In this document: positions 8,917 through 18,541 of the stretch, piece by piece
How the letters are laid out: the number at the start of each line of letters is the position of its first letter
How positions within the stretch are numbered: position 1 is the stretch's first letter
Source: Vulcanimicrobiota bacterium
GTDB taxonomy: Bacteria; Vulcanimicrobiota; Xenobia; Xenobiales; JADMJV01
DNA length: 64,000 nt
Direction: 5' to 3'
Assembly: GCA_050250895.1 (NCBI GenBank)
Contig: JBFWNU010000001.1
Location: 3,251,557-3,315,556 of the forward strand
Made by a program: the position numbers and the translations under genes
The notes under the pieces: generated by a model
Seen by the model: only the letters and a program-made list of their open reading frames with translations
Told to the model about the DNA's origin: nothing
Database searches by the model: none

Positions 8917-10445
8917 TTCTTGCCTTTCCCTGCGCTCAGCGCCGGGGGGGGGTTGGCCAGGTGGCGCCGCAGGCTGAGCATGTCCTCCAGGCCGGCCCGG
9001 TCGGTTCGTCCGTGGGCCAGCCCCAGCATGCGCGAGAGCAGATAGACCGCCATGGGGCGGTCGTGGCTGGCGATGGTCAGCAGTTGTTGAAAAGTCTTGT
9101 GCTGGACCTGCACCCCCAGGGTCCCGCCCCCCGCATCGACCCGGCACGGCTGCCCCAGCGAGCGACAGGCAACCGAAAGGGAGTCTTTTATCCGCTGCGG
9201 ACCATACTCCACCCGGCAAGCTTCGATGGACCTGAATCCGTGGGCGGCAAGGTTCGGCAACACCCAGGCCAGCATCCGGCGGACCTCTTCTTCGGCCGGC
9301 TGGGCCACGGCCAGAAAGACCGCCTGTTCGACCGCCCGCGGCTGGTAACCCAGGCTTTCGAGACAGGCCAGCAGCGGGCTGTTGCGGCCAGCTTTGAGCA
9401 CGGGTTGCTCGTCCTCGAGCAAAGCGCGCACCAGCGCGCCGGGCTGCTCGCAATAGAGCACCTGCTGGTCCAACTCGGTGGCCGAATAGCGCCGCTCGAA
9501 TCCGGGGAAGATGGCCGGCCACTGCTGGCGGGGGCGCTCGAGGGGAAGGGCAGCAGCAAGAGCCAGCGCCTTCCAGAGGGGATGGTCGGCGTCGACTTCG
9601 GTCAGGCGTTCGAGCAGGTCGTCGGCCATGCCCTCGTAGGCCGCCTGCTTTACGATGGAGAGGGCCAACCTGTAGTGGTCATCGTGAAGCACGTTATCGC
9701 GAGTGAGAGTGTGTTCGAGATAACGCGAGCGCACCTTGAAGGCCAGGTGGGCCAGGGGGGAGCCCTGACCTTCGAGCAGGGTCAAGCCCCGATTGTAGTA
9801 GCCGTGAAAAGGAGCGCTCCCGGCCACCGGCGCGACCACCACCTCGGTGCCCTGTTGGCTGTGCTTGAATTCATAGGGCTGCCCCAGGCTAAAGGGCTCG
9901 TTGATCGGCTCGCCGGCGAAGCGCACTTCCACATCACAATGCTTGCACCAATAAATGACGGTATCCCGGCAATCTTTTTTGAGACGGTTGAAACCCCGCC
10001 CTTCAAGCGATACCCAAACGGCTACCCGGGTCCCGTCCACAGGGTGGTCCAGCCGAATTCGTTCGAACGACCTGTCAGGCCGAAACAGGATCCGCCAGGC
10101 CTCTCCCGAGCGTCCCGTCTCGACCGTGACCGCCTGGGGATTGATGGCAAAGACCGACACGAAACCGATGCCGAACTTTCCGATCTTGGTGAGGTCGTTC
10201 TCTTTGCTTGAGGAGAAAAGGCAAGTCAGCCGAGAGTCGATGATCTCCCGGTCCATTCCTTCGCCCGTATCGATGACCTCGATCACGGCGCACCCTTCGG
10301 CCTTGTCCCGGCGTACCTCGACATCCACTCGGTTGGTGGAAGCATCGAGGGCGTTCTGAATGAGTTCTCGCAAAAACGCCAGCGGCTGCGAGAACTGCGC
10401 GATGAGAGTCTCGAGTGCGTCGCTAGCGCCGACAGCGCGAGCCAA
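8913..10445 (-). CDS. Hsp90/HtpG-like GHKL ATPase
   Basis: Intact FLRELIQNALDA, DTGEGMD and IGKFGIGFVSVF motifs; middle-domain catalytic-loop-like LEHTLTRDNV. Confidence 0.88.
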   Translation of the reverse strand: MARAVGASDALETLIAQFSQPLAFLRELIQNALDASTNRVDVEVRRDKAEGCAVIEVIDTGEGMDREIIDSRLTCLFSSSKENDLTKIGKFGIGFVSVFAINPQAVTVETGRSGEAWRILFRPDRSFERIRLDHPVDGTRVAVWVSLEGRGFNRLKKDCRDTVIYWCKHCDVEVRFAGEPINEPFSLGQPYEFKHSQQGTEVVVAPVAGSAPFHGYYNRGLTLLEGQGSPLAHLAFKVRSRYLEHTLTRDNVLHDDHYRLALSIVKQAAYEGMADDLLERLTEVDADHPLWKALALAAALPLERPRQQWPAIFPGFERRYSATELDQQVLYCEQPGALVRALLEDEQPVLKAGRNSPLLACLESLGYQPRAVEQAVFLAVAQPAEEEVRRMLAWVLPNLAAHGFRSIEACRVEYGPQRIKDSLSVACRSLGQPCRVDAGGGTLGVQVQHKTFQQLLTIASHDRPMAVYLLSRMLGLAHGRTDRAGLEDMLSLRRHLANPPPALSAGKGKK

Positions 10446-10468
10446 GGAAACTACCGTACCATCTGGGT

Positions 10469-10894
10469 TTAGGCCGTTTGTAGGACTTTGAGTTCTTCCA
10501 TTACGTCACCGGGGCGGATGGCGTCGACCACTTCCATCCCCGAGATCACGCGGCCAAAGACGGTGTGTTTGCCATCGAGATGGGGCTGGGGCGAGTGGCA
10601 TACGAAGAACTGGCTGCCGCCCGTGTCCTTGCCAGCGTGGGCCATCGACAGCGAGCCACGCAGGTGCTTGTTGGAATTGATCTCGCACTTGATCTGGTAA
10701 CCGGGACCGCCGGTGCCGTCGCCCCGCGGGCAACCACCCTGGATGACGAAGTCGTCGATCACGCGGTGGAAGGTCAGGCCGTTGTAGAAGCCTTTGTTGA
10801 TGAGCGACGTGAAGTTGTCGACGGTGCCGGGAGCGTCTTTGTCGAAGAGTTCGACTACCATCGTGCCTTTGTTGGTCTTGATTTCTGCTTGCAT
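10469..10894 (-). CDS. Cyclophilin-type peptidyl-prolyl isomerase
   Basis: [47 protein letters not shown] at 10894 follows GGAGG. Confidence 0.96.
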   Translation of the reverse strand: MQAEIKTNKGTMVVELFDKDAPGTVDNFTSLINKGFYNGLTFHRVIDDFVIQGGCPRGDGTGGPGYQIKCEINSNKHLRGSLSMAHAGKDTGGSQFFVCHSPQPHLDGKHTVFGRVISGMEVVDAIRPGDVMEELKVLQTA

Positions 10895-10957
10895 GTCTAC
10901 CTCCGAGGCCCGACTTGTTATACGGCTTGGTGTAGGCTTCCTTCCCGAAGGTCCGAC

Positions 10958-10988
10958 AAAAGCAAAAGGCCCTCCCGAAGGAGGGCCT
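10958..10988 (-). terminator. Rho-independent terminator
   Basis: AGGCCCTCC-loop-GGAGGGCCT hairpin followed by a T-rich tail on the minus strand, just downstream of the 11007-12164 gene. Confidence 0.8.
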
Positions 10989-11006
10989 CGAGTTGGCTTT
11001 CCTCGT

Positions 11007-12164
11007 TTAGCGAGCGACCAGTCCGACCGACGAGGCGGGCAGGCCGGCCGCGCCGGGCAGGGGAGTGAGGGTGCCGTTGGCAGCCAGGCCGAAGGCCGAG
11101 ATGGTCTGGTCGCCGCCGTTGAGGGTGTAGACGAACAGATTGTCATCCGAGACAGCCAGGTCGACCGGGTTGAGACCGGTGACGCCACTGTTGCCGCCGG
11201 CCAGCAAGGTCAGACCGCCGTTGGCCGCGATTTGGTAAACGCTGACGGTGCTGCTGCCAGTGTTGGTCACGAAGGCAAAGGGTACGCCGGGGGCGATAGC
11301 CACCCAGCAAGCGCCGGTCTGGTTGTTGGCCAGGGCGGCGGTGACGGGGGTCAGGGTGCCGTTGACTCCGACCAGATAGCTGGAAACGGTGCTGGCGTTG
11401 GCCACGCCGCCCTGGGCCTCGGACACGACCAGCACGCCGGTGCTGGTGAAGCTAAAGCCAAACGGAGTGGCGCCCTGCGAGGCTTGAGCGGTGCCGGCCT
11501 GAGCCACGCCGCCCACTACCGGGAAGGTCACGATCTGGTTGGTGGCGCGCTCGGTCACCACCAGCACGGTGCCGGACGGGTGAAATCCGATCTGAGCCGG
11601 GTTCGGGTTCACGGCCGAAAGCAGTTGCGTCGAGTTGGGAATGGGTACGAGCTGGTTGCCCGAAACCACGAAACCGGAGATGTTGGCCGCGTTGGCGCCA
11701 CCGTCGCCGAAGTTGAGCACGTACACCAGGTCGCCCGACACGGTCACGCTGATGGGACGGACGCCACCCGAATTGACGGTGGACACGGGGGTCAGGGTGC
11801 CGTCGATGCCGAGCAGCATCATGGTCACGCTGTTGGAGACGGCGTTGACTGCAAAGAGTCGGTTGGTGTTGGCCTGGAAGACCACCGCTCCGCTCGAGCC
11901 ATTGAGGCCGCCGCCGGTGCCGGAACCACCGGTGGCAAAGTTGTTGAGAAAGGTCAGTGCGCCGGTGGTGGAACGGGTGAAAGCGCGGACCCGGTTGGTC
12001 GCTTCGTTGGTGAGGGTGTAGACGGCCTTAGGAGCAATGGGAGTATTGCCCGTGCCGGTGTTGGTAGTGGTGCCGGTATTATTGTCGTCGGAAGTATCGC
12101 AACCGGCAGCCAGGCAGATAGCCAGGGCTAACAGGGCGAATTGAATGATTCTGGGGATACGCAT
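11007..12164 (-). CDS. Lipoprotein, lactonase-family (6-phosphogluconolactonase-like) beta-propeller
   Basis: Lipobox LAAGC, Thr/Asn linker, repeated G-x-LT blade motifs. Confidence 0.85.
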   Translation of the reverse strand: MRIPRIIQFALLALAICLAAGCDTSDDNNTGTTTNTGTGNTPIAPKAVYTLTNEATNRVRAFTRSTTGALTFLNNFATGGSGTGGGLNGSSGAVVFQANTNRLFAVNAVSNSVTMMLLGIDGTLTPVSTVNSGGVRPISVTVSGDLVYVLNFGDGGANAANISGFVVSGNQLVPIPNSTQLLSAVNPNPAQIGFHPSGTVLVVTERATNQIVTFPVVGGVAQAGTAQASQGATPFGFSFTSTGVLVVSEAQGGVANASTVSSYLVGVNGTLTPVTAALANNQTGACWVAIAPGVPFAFVTNTGSSTVSVYQIAANGGLTLLAGGNSGVTGLNPVDLAVSDDNLFVYTLNGGDQTISAFGLAANGTLTPLPGAAGLPASSVGLVAR

Positions 12165-12242
12165 TTCATCTCCTAGTAGAGTTTTTCCCGTTGGCGGGAC
12201 GTTCTTAGAGGGAGATGGGTTTCCTGCCTGAGAATCGGCGCA

Positions 12243-12701
12243 TCAGCCGTGAAGACTGGATTCAAGCTCCATTACCCAGCCCTCGGCCGGGTCTTTGCGC
12301 CAGTAGAGGATGATCTCGGGCTCTTTGACCTCTTTGGTATTGAGGATTTTCACCACCGCGTGCACCTTGACTCGGGCACGGTTGCCGCTACGGTCGATAT
12401 CGACATCGCGGATATCGTAACGCTGGATGTCGAGAAACTCGGGCTTGATGGCGAAAAGTCGCTCGATGAGCCTGGCGATGTTGACGTCCTTGCGATCCTC
12501 GGCCGAGTGATAGCTGGCGGCTTTCTCGAAATCCTTGAACTGCAAGTCCTCCATGAAATCCACGCTTTGCTGAGAGAGAAACTTGGCGTCGCCTGAGCCT
12601 AATGACACACCACCCGAGCCGCTCCCTGGGCGACCGCCAATGACCAGCAAACCGATGGCCAGCAACAGCAACACCGCAAAGACGGCCGCAATCTTCTTCA
12701 C
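12243..12701 (-). CDS. Membrane-anchored hypothetical protein (possible NTF2-like fold)
   Basis: GTG start overlapping the upstream stop (GTGA); N-terminal hydrophobic helix; ends with a W-x6-W strand pair. Confidence 0.65.
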   Translation of the reverse strand: MKKIAAVFAVLLLLAIGLLVIGGRPGSGSGGVSLGSGDAKFLSQQSVDFMEDLQFKDFEKAASYHSAEDRKDVNIARLIERLFAIKPEFLDIQRYDIRDVDIDRSGNRARVKVHAVVKILNTKEVKEPEIILYWRKDPAEGWVMELESSLHG

Positions 12702-13438
12702 CGTCTGACGCTCCGTTTCACCAAAAAGATGGCTAACCCGATCAGCCCGCAGGCCATGACCAGAGGGGTAAACATGCCTTGCAGCAGTTTGAATAGATCG
12801 GGTTCGCTGGCGGCCACTTCGGTGAGACCTTGATAGGTCCAGGCCGTGATGGTCAAGTCCTCGAGCAGCTTCACCAGGGCACTGGCGTGAGTGTGGTCCA
12901 TCACCATCTCGGAGAACAAGATCTGAGGCAAGAGCAGGATCGGGACCGCCGCCACTGCTCGGTCGGGAGTCGAAACCACGGCCGAGATGGCCAGACCCAG
13001 TCCCGCCCCGGCCATGCTGGAGGCAAACAGCACCAAAAAGTGCAGGAAGACGGTGCCGGGCAAAGCCACCCAGCGGTCCACGATGAAGACCAGGCACAGG
13101 CACTGAATGAAGCCCAGCAAGGCCAGTACGCTGACTTTGGACAACACGTAGGCGGTGGGATCCAGGCCCACCCTGGCCTCACGCTCGAAGATGGCCTTTT
13201 CTTTGACGATCTCGCGGCTGGCGTTGATGGTGCCGAACCAGATGGCCGAGAGGGTCAGCACGAAATAGAGCGAGGAGGTAACCTGATCGGTATCGCTCCA
13301 GACGACCGCGATACAGCCGGCGATGATGGGGGCTTGCAGCAACAGCAGAATGGTGTTGCCCGCGTCGGCCAGCACGAGTTCGAGATAACGCTCGGCCAGA
13401 ATGCCTAATTGACGCCAATCTAGTCGCCGAGAAACCAT
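12698..13438 (-). CDS. ABC-2 type permease (Rv1747-type C-terminal domain)
   Basis: RQLGILAERY, REIVKEKAIFERE, YVLSK, PQILFS motifs; six TM segments. Confidence 0.88.
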   Translation of the reverse strand: MVSRRLDWRQLGILAERYLELVLADAGNTILLLLQAPIIAGCIAVVWSDTDQVTSSLYFVLTLSAIWFGTINASREIVKEKAIFEREARVGLDPTAYVLSKVSVLALLGFIQCLCLVFIVDRWVALPGTVFLHFLVLFASSMAGAGLGLAISAVVSTPDRAVAAVPILLLPQILFSEMVMDHTHASALVKLLEDLTITAWTYQGLTEVAASEPDLFKLLQGMFTPLVMACGLIGLAIFLVKRSVRR

Positions 13439-13500
13439 ATACGCATAGTTCTGGACCAGTCAGGTGGGATCCTGGCCAGATCTCACGAACACACCCGGCC

Positions 13501-14469
13501 ATGGGTTGTAAGACCGTCCTGCTCAATCGCTCGGAAGTCATGCGGCTACTCGACGCCAGCGCCCTGGTCGAGATGCTGGCCGACGCTTTTCGTGCTCATT
13601 CCGCGGACGGCACCGACCCGGGGCATCGCTTTCCGGCCCCGCTACCTGGACCCGGCGACATGGTGATTCTGGCACCCGGATTGACCAGCGATATCCCTGC
13701 CTACACGGTCAAGGTCCACGCCAAGTTTCCCGACAGCAATCCCTCCATTCGGGGAGTGCTGCATCTGCATGACCTCGACAACGGCGATCTGCTGGCGGTG
13801 ATGGATTCGAGTTATCTGACCGCCGTGCGTACCAGCCTCACCGCCGCCCTGGCCACCGACCTGCTGGCCCGGAGCCAGGCCGACCGGGTGGCCGTCATCG
13901 GAGCTGGCGTGCAGGGCTGGTATCAGCTGCGTTACCTGCTGCAGATGCGCCGGCTCAAGGAGATCTTCGTCTTCGACATCATCAAGAGCCGGGCCGAGAA
14001 ATTCGTCGAGTTGCTCCAGCAACGGTCCGATCTCACGGCGCGAGCCTGTTCTGCCCTCACCGACGCTCTGGCTGCCTGCGACATCGTGCTGTGCTCGACC
14101 TGGGCCCGTGAGCCGTTTCTGACTCGTGACCTGATCCTTCCCGGCACCCACATCACCACCCTGGGGGCCGATCAGCCCGGCAAAGCCGAAGTCGACCGGA
14201 CCGTCCTCAGGAAGGCTCTGGTCTTTTGTGACGATCGCAAACTGGCTCTCGAGATGGGTTTGGTGGGCAACGTAGGGCTCGGCCCTAAGACCATCGCTGC
14301 CGAACTGGGCGAGGTGTTGGCTGGGACTCACAAAGGTCGCTCGACCGACAAGCAAATCACGGTCTACGGGGCCGTTGGTCTGCCTTTCCAAGACCTCATC
14401 GCCGCCTGGCAGGTCTATCGCGAAGCCCGCCGCAAAGGGGTCGGCCGCACCTTCGATTTTCTGACCTAG
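13501..14469 (+). CDS. Ornithine cyclodeaminase/mu-crystallin family protein
   Basis: LTAVRT, VIGAGVQG, HITTLGAD, GLPFQD motifs. Confidence 0.92.
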   Translation: MGCKTVLLNRSEVMRLLDASALVEMLADAFRAHSADGTDPGHRFPAPLPGPGDMVILAPGLTSDIPAYTVKVHAKFPDSNPSIRGVLHLHDLDNGDLLAVMDSSYLTAVRTSLTAALATDLLARSQADRVAVIGAGVQGWYQLRYLLQMRRLKEIFVFDIIKSRAEKFVELLQQRSDLTARACSALTDALAACDIVLCSTWAREPFLTRDLILPGTHITTLGADQPGKAEVDRTVLRKALVFCDDRKLALEMGLVGNVGLGPKTIAAELGEVLAGTHKGRSTDKQITVYGAVGLPFQDLIAAWQVYREARRKGVGRTFDFLT

Positions 14470-14515
14470 ACGGTCAGTAGCAGGTCGGTTGCCCGGTCGG
14501 GATGAACCCAATTTC

Positions 14516-15016
14516 GTGGGAAGATTTCTTGCTTTTGTCGGTTTCTTGCTGGTCGTCTTCTACTGCTTGTCGAATTCGAGTCCGCGAGGCGAACTCAACC
14601 GGCTGGTAGCCGGGGCCAGAGGGCACGCCCAGTATGTCCAGGCCATGTGCGCCGCCCATGAAAAGCGCGTGGCCGAGTACAACTCGGCCGCCCAGGCCGC
14701 CGCCCTCAACGGGGGACGGCCGCCATCGGTCAATCGCAAGCTCCAGGTCGAGGCCAACGAGCCCACCCCGTCGCTGGCCGAGTTGATGAAAAACTGCAAG
14801 GACCTGTACGACCGGCTCAAAGCCAAGGGAGACCCCGACAGCCTGAAGCTCGCTTCGGCCTGTAACGATCTGTACAAGTTTCTCTCCGCCCTCGACAACA
14901 TGGAGAAGAATCTCAACACCGACAACATCGTGGGCGTGGCCTCCAGCTACAACAGCTGGGTGGACCAGACCAACCAGCGGATGAAAAAGCTCGACGAAAC
15001 CCTGGCCAAGCTCTAG
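14516..15016 (+). CDS. Hypothetical membrane-anchored helical protein (start uncertain)
   Basis: GC3-biased open frame with an N-terminal hydrophobic segment. Confidence 0.65.
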   Translation: MGRFLAFVGFLLVVFYCLSNSSPRGELNRLVAGARGHAQYVQAMCAAHEKRVAEYNSAAQAAALNGGRPPSVNRKLQVEANEPTPSLAELMKNCKDLYDRLKAKGDPDSLKLASACNDLYKFLSALDNMEKNLNTDNIVGVASSYNSWVDQTNQRMKKLDETLAKL

Positions 15017-15053
15017 AGCGCGAGGCTCCCTCTCCGAGCAACGCGAGCGAAGC

Positions 15054-15851
15054 CTATTGCCGTTCGCGAACGTATTGCATCTGTTGGGGCGAGGTGGCGA
15101 ATTTGGCGGCCAGTTGGGCGGGGTCTTCCTTTTGGAGCAGGCGATAGACATCGCGCGGGTCCGACAGGCCGAAGTAGGTCGTGAGTTCGGCCGGAGGCCC
15201 GACATAGACCAACCGGCCCGCTGCCAACACCACCACGAGATCCAGCAGGTTGAGGCTCTGCAGGATGTGGGTCGTGACCAGCAGGGTGCGGCCGGTGCGG
15301 GCCAGCTCGTGACATAGCTCCATGAACTGCTCTTCTAGCGCCGGGTCCAGGCCCGAGGTGGGCTCGTCCAGAAAGAGCAGCGACGGGCTGGTGAGTAGCT
15401 CGACTCCGATGCTGACGCGCTTTCTTTGTCCACCCGAGAGCTTCGAGATCTTGACCTGGCGGCGCTCCTCGAGGCCTAGCTGAGAGATGACCTTGTCGAC
15501 GGCGGCCTGGTGGGCGGCCGGTTCGGCGTCTGAGCGCATGCGCAGGCGAGCGCTAAAAAGCAGAGCTCGCTCGATGTTGAGGGCCTGGTGGACGATGTCG
15601 TCCTGGGGCACGAAGCCGATGCGCCGGGACACGTGTTCTCCGAGTGGTTGACCGTCACAGAGCACCTGACCCGAGGTTGGCTCGAGCTGGCCGCTGAGCA
15701 GTTTGAGCAGGGTCGACTTGCCACAGCCGCTGGGTCCGAGCACACCCACGAATTCGCCTGGCAGAATGGTCAGGGAGATATCGCGGAGTATCTCTGTTTT
15801 CTTGAACTTGAGACCGATCGCTCGGGCATCGAGACGAAGGCCGATGTTCAA
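15054..15851 (-). CDS. ABC transporter ATPase (ABCG/Rv1747-type)
   Basis: GPSGCGKST, FVPQDDIVH, LSGGQRKRVSIGVELL, FLDEPTSGLDP. Confidence 0.93.
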   Translation of the reverse strand: MNIGLRLDARAIGLKFKKTEILRDISLTILPGEFVGVLGPSGCGKSTLLKLLSGQLEPTSGQVLCDGQPLGEHVSRRIGFVPQDDIVHQALNIERALLFSARLRMRSDAEPAAHQAAVDKVISQLGLEERRQVKISKLSGGQRKRVSIGVELLTSPSLLFLDEPTSGLDPALEEQFMELCHELARTGRTLLVTTHILQSLNLLDLVVVLAAGRLVYVGPPAELTTYFGLSDPRDVYRLLQKEDPAQLAAKFATSPQQMQYVRERQ

Positions 15852-15852
15852 C

Positions 15853-18450
15853 TCAGAAGCTCACCGTGAAGTTCGAATTGATCATGATGCCATCATAACT
15901 CAAGGGGTGGATCGAGCGTTGGGGGACGAACAGAGTATTGGTGCCCGGAATGGTTGGGGTTGAAAAGACGGCCGACGGCACACGGTCTTGAGTCGAGATG
16001 AACAAAGCGTCGACGTTCCAGGCCACCGTCGGGTCGATTTGGTAAGAGAAGCCCAGCGAAGGCTGCTTCTGGGTGACGTCGAGGTTCTTGAAGCGCGTCT
16101 CGCCGGTACTCTCGGCGAAGGCCGAGTAGGCTCCGAACGGGTCGTAGTGGCCCGAGATGGTGTAGTTGCCGTAGCCGGCATTGAGGGTGAAATCCTCGGT
16201 CAGGTCGTAACCCAGTTCGAGTTCCCAGCCGGTATAGTCGAGATCGACAAAGTTGACGTTCTCGCCGCGGGTTCCCAGGGGGCCCGGACGCAGTGCCTGC
16301 AGATTGCTGCCGCGATGGAAGTTGGTGGTGTTGAAACGGGCTTGAGCCTTGAAGCCACGAGTGGTGTCTTCGCCGAAATACCACTTGTAGCCGGCCGCCA
16401 GGGCGTAGAAGTCGCTATCGCCTTTGGGAGCCTCGAGCGGCACGGCCAGAGTGTTGCCGCCACTGGCCACGAACGTATTGGGCGAGAAGCCTCCGAAGAC
16501 CGGGTCGACAAACCCGGGGCTAAAGCCCAGCACCGGGGTGTTGGGAATGGCCGCCCCCAGGCTTGCGGTCGAGAAACGAATATCCTGGAGCGAAGCTTGT
16601 TTCTGGTCGAGAAGGCCAAATTTGGCGTCGACCACTCCGCTCTCGGCGAACTCCCAGCGCAGGTGGCCCCGCCAACCCTGACGGTTGTGGGGCAGCAAGT
16701 CGGTGTCGTGGAGGGGGTAAAGGTCGGGACGCGTGCTCAGGAAGTTTTCGCCCAGCCGGAAGCCGTTATAAAGGATGCCCCCGATGCGAGGGATCTGGAG
16801 CACGAAGGGGTCGTAGGTGGGATCGACCGAGAGATAGTCGAGATCGAGGTCAAGCCCCTCGACCGGCGTCACTCCTGCGCTGACCCGGAAGGCGTCGCCG
16901 TCGGCGGTGTAGCTGGAATTCTTCTGCGGTCGATATTCGCTGTGGGCATACTCGGCCACCACTCGGGGGGCCAGGTCGTTGTCCCACTCGTAGCGGGCCG
17001 ACAGACCGTAGCTGACCTGGTCCTGGGGGCCGATATTGCCGAAGTTGAGGTCACCAAGCACGCCCGTGATTCCGTCGTTGTTGACGGCGGACATGGGAAC
17101 GGGGCGAACGTCGCCGGTGCTGCCGATGCCGCCGGTGGCCATGGTGCCCAACTGGTTGTAGTAGAAGCCGGGCGGATTGACCCAGGGGATAGGACCCAGG
17201 TTGGTGCCGGTAATCAGGCCCACCTGGCGGGCCGCCCCGCCCGAGGCGTCGTTGGCGGCATGCAGAAAGTTGAACCGCACCCGGCCGCGTTCTTTCGAGA
17301 AGACATAGGCGAGATTGACGCCTTCAGCGTGATTGAAATACGAGGCCCCGCCGACGCCACCGTTGCGGTCGGGCAAAAGCGTGCCCATGACTTCCCATTC
17401 TAGTTTCTGGTCGAAGTCGTCGTCGAGTTCGATTTGTCCATACACCTGAATACCGTAGCCGTCGAGATACTTCTCGCCAAAGTTGCCGGGGTTGTACTGC
17501 TTTTGGTAGACGCTGGGGTCAAAGTGAGGCTGCTCGATGGAGCCGAGGCGCAGCATCGTTTTGCTGGGTTTGTGCTCGAGCCAGAAGTGGTCGAGGGTCA
17601 TGGTGGTAAAGGGTCGATGGTTGGTGGGCTGGACGCCGGCCAGTCCCCCGGTGACCGTGCTCAAGGCCGTGAAAGCGTTGGACAGAAACGGCGGTGAGAT
17701 GCCGTAATACTGCCCCACCGACTGGTCGCCCTGGGAAGAGAAGGCGATGAATTCGGCTCCGGCATCGAGATCGGGCGTCAAGCGGATATTCAGACCCAGG
17801 GTAGCCAGGCTGGTGAAGGCCGTGCCGTTACTGAGGGGGCGACCGGTCTTGAGATTGTTGACCGTGAAAGCGCCGAAGGCGAAGGGGTCGAAGTTGAGGG
17901 TGGCGGCCGGACCGGTGGGGATTCGGCCGCCAGCACCAGGCACGCTACCGATGATCGAGTTGTAGTCGAGCAGGGCATCGCTCGGATCGCTAAAGCTCGA
18001 GCCCGAGTTCCGATAGGTCTGGAAACTGGTGCGCACCTCGAGGTTGCCGTAAAAGGTGATGCGTTCCAGTTCAGTCACCCGCCGATCGATGCGTTCGGTC
18101 TGTTCTTCGAGGTTGGTGACGCGAACGCCGAGGGCATCCAGTTCTTCGCGCAGGGCTTCAGCCAATTTACGCAACTCTTCCAGTTCGGCTTTGGTAGCGA
18201 AGGTGGCGTGGGCTTGTTCCATCTTGGCCAGCAGGCGCGCCACGCTCATGGCCACTTCCCAGCGCGACGCTGCCCGGTCACCCTTGAAGGTCCCGTCAGG
18301 ATAGCCCTCTACCAGGCCTTTGGCGGCCAGGGCCGAGACGGCGTCGCGAGCCCAGTGGGCATCGGGCACATCAGGAAAGAGCGGAGCTGCCAGGCTGACC
18401 TGCCCCAGTAAAAAAACGAGAGCCAGTGCGGCTCCGAGTGTGCGACGAAT
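15853..18450 (-). CDS. SLH-domain outer-membrane beta-barrel protein (OmpM-like); probable ATT start
   Basis: FPDVPDAHWARDAV...GYPDGTFKGDRAASRWE SLH domain, coiled coil, beta-rich body, C-terminal Phe. The signal peptide lies upstream of the ORF-track GTG at 18369. Confidence 0.85.
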   Translation of the reverse strand: MRRTLGAALALVFLLGQVSLAAPLFPDVPDAHWARDAVSALAAKGLVEGYPDGTFKGDRAASRWEVAMSVARLLAKMEQAHATFATKAELEELRKLAEALREELDALGVRVTNLEEQTERIDRRVTELERITFYGNLEVRTSFQTYRNSGSSFSDPSDALLDYNSIIGSVPGAGGRIPTGPAATLNFDPFAFGAFTVNNLKTGRPLSNGTAFTSLATLGLNIRLTPDLDAGAEFIAFSSQGDQSVGQYYGISPPFLSNAFTALSTVTGGLAGVQPTNHRPFTTMTLDHFWLEHKPSKTMLRLGSIEQPHFDPSVYQKQYNPGNFGEKYLDGYGIQVYGQIELDDDFDQKLEWEVMGTLLPDRNGGVGGASYFNHAEGVNLAYVFSKERGRVRFNFLHAANDASGGAARQVGLITGTNLGPIPWVNPPGFYYNQLGTMATGGIGSTGDVRPVPMSAVNNDGITGVLGDLNFGNIGPQDQVSYGLSARYEWDNDLAPRVVAEYAHSEYRPQKNSSYTADGDAFRVSAGVTPVEGLDLDLDYLSVDPTYDPFVLQIPRIGGILYNGFRLGENFLSTRPDLYPLHDTDLLPHNRQGWRGHLRWEFAESGVVDAKFGLLDQKQASLQDIRFSTASLGAAIPNTPVLGFSPGFVDPVFGGFSPNTFVASGGNTLAVPLEAPKGDSDFYALAAGYKWYFGEDTTRGFKAQARFNTTNFHRGSNLQALRPGPLGTRGENVNFVDLDYTGWELELGYDLTEDFTLNAGYGNYTISGHYDPFGAYSAFAESTGETRFKNLDVTQKQPSLGFSYQIDPTVAWNVDALFISTQDRVPSAVFSTPTIPGTNTLFVPQRSIHPLSYDGIMINSNFTVSF

Positions 18451-18541
18451 TGTCCTGTCCCCCTTGAACTTCCCTCAAATTGCCTAAATGCATTCTTCAG
18501 GGCGCCAGGGGTCCCCTCCCCTCCGTGGAAGATCCGTGCCT

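Noticed and set aside
8917-9522. N-terminal 202-aa extension of the 1567-aa ORF
   Set aside because: It overlaps the GHKL gene in another frame and is Arg/Pro/Gly-rich noise; the ATG at 8916 gives a standard ATGA coupling.
13439-15053. Mobile element explaining the insert within the ABC transporter genes
   Set aside because: No transposase, terminal inverted repeats or target-site duplication visible.
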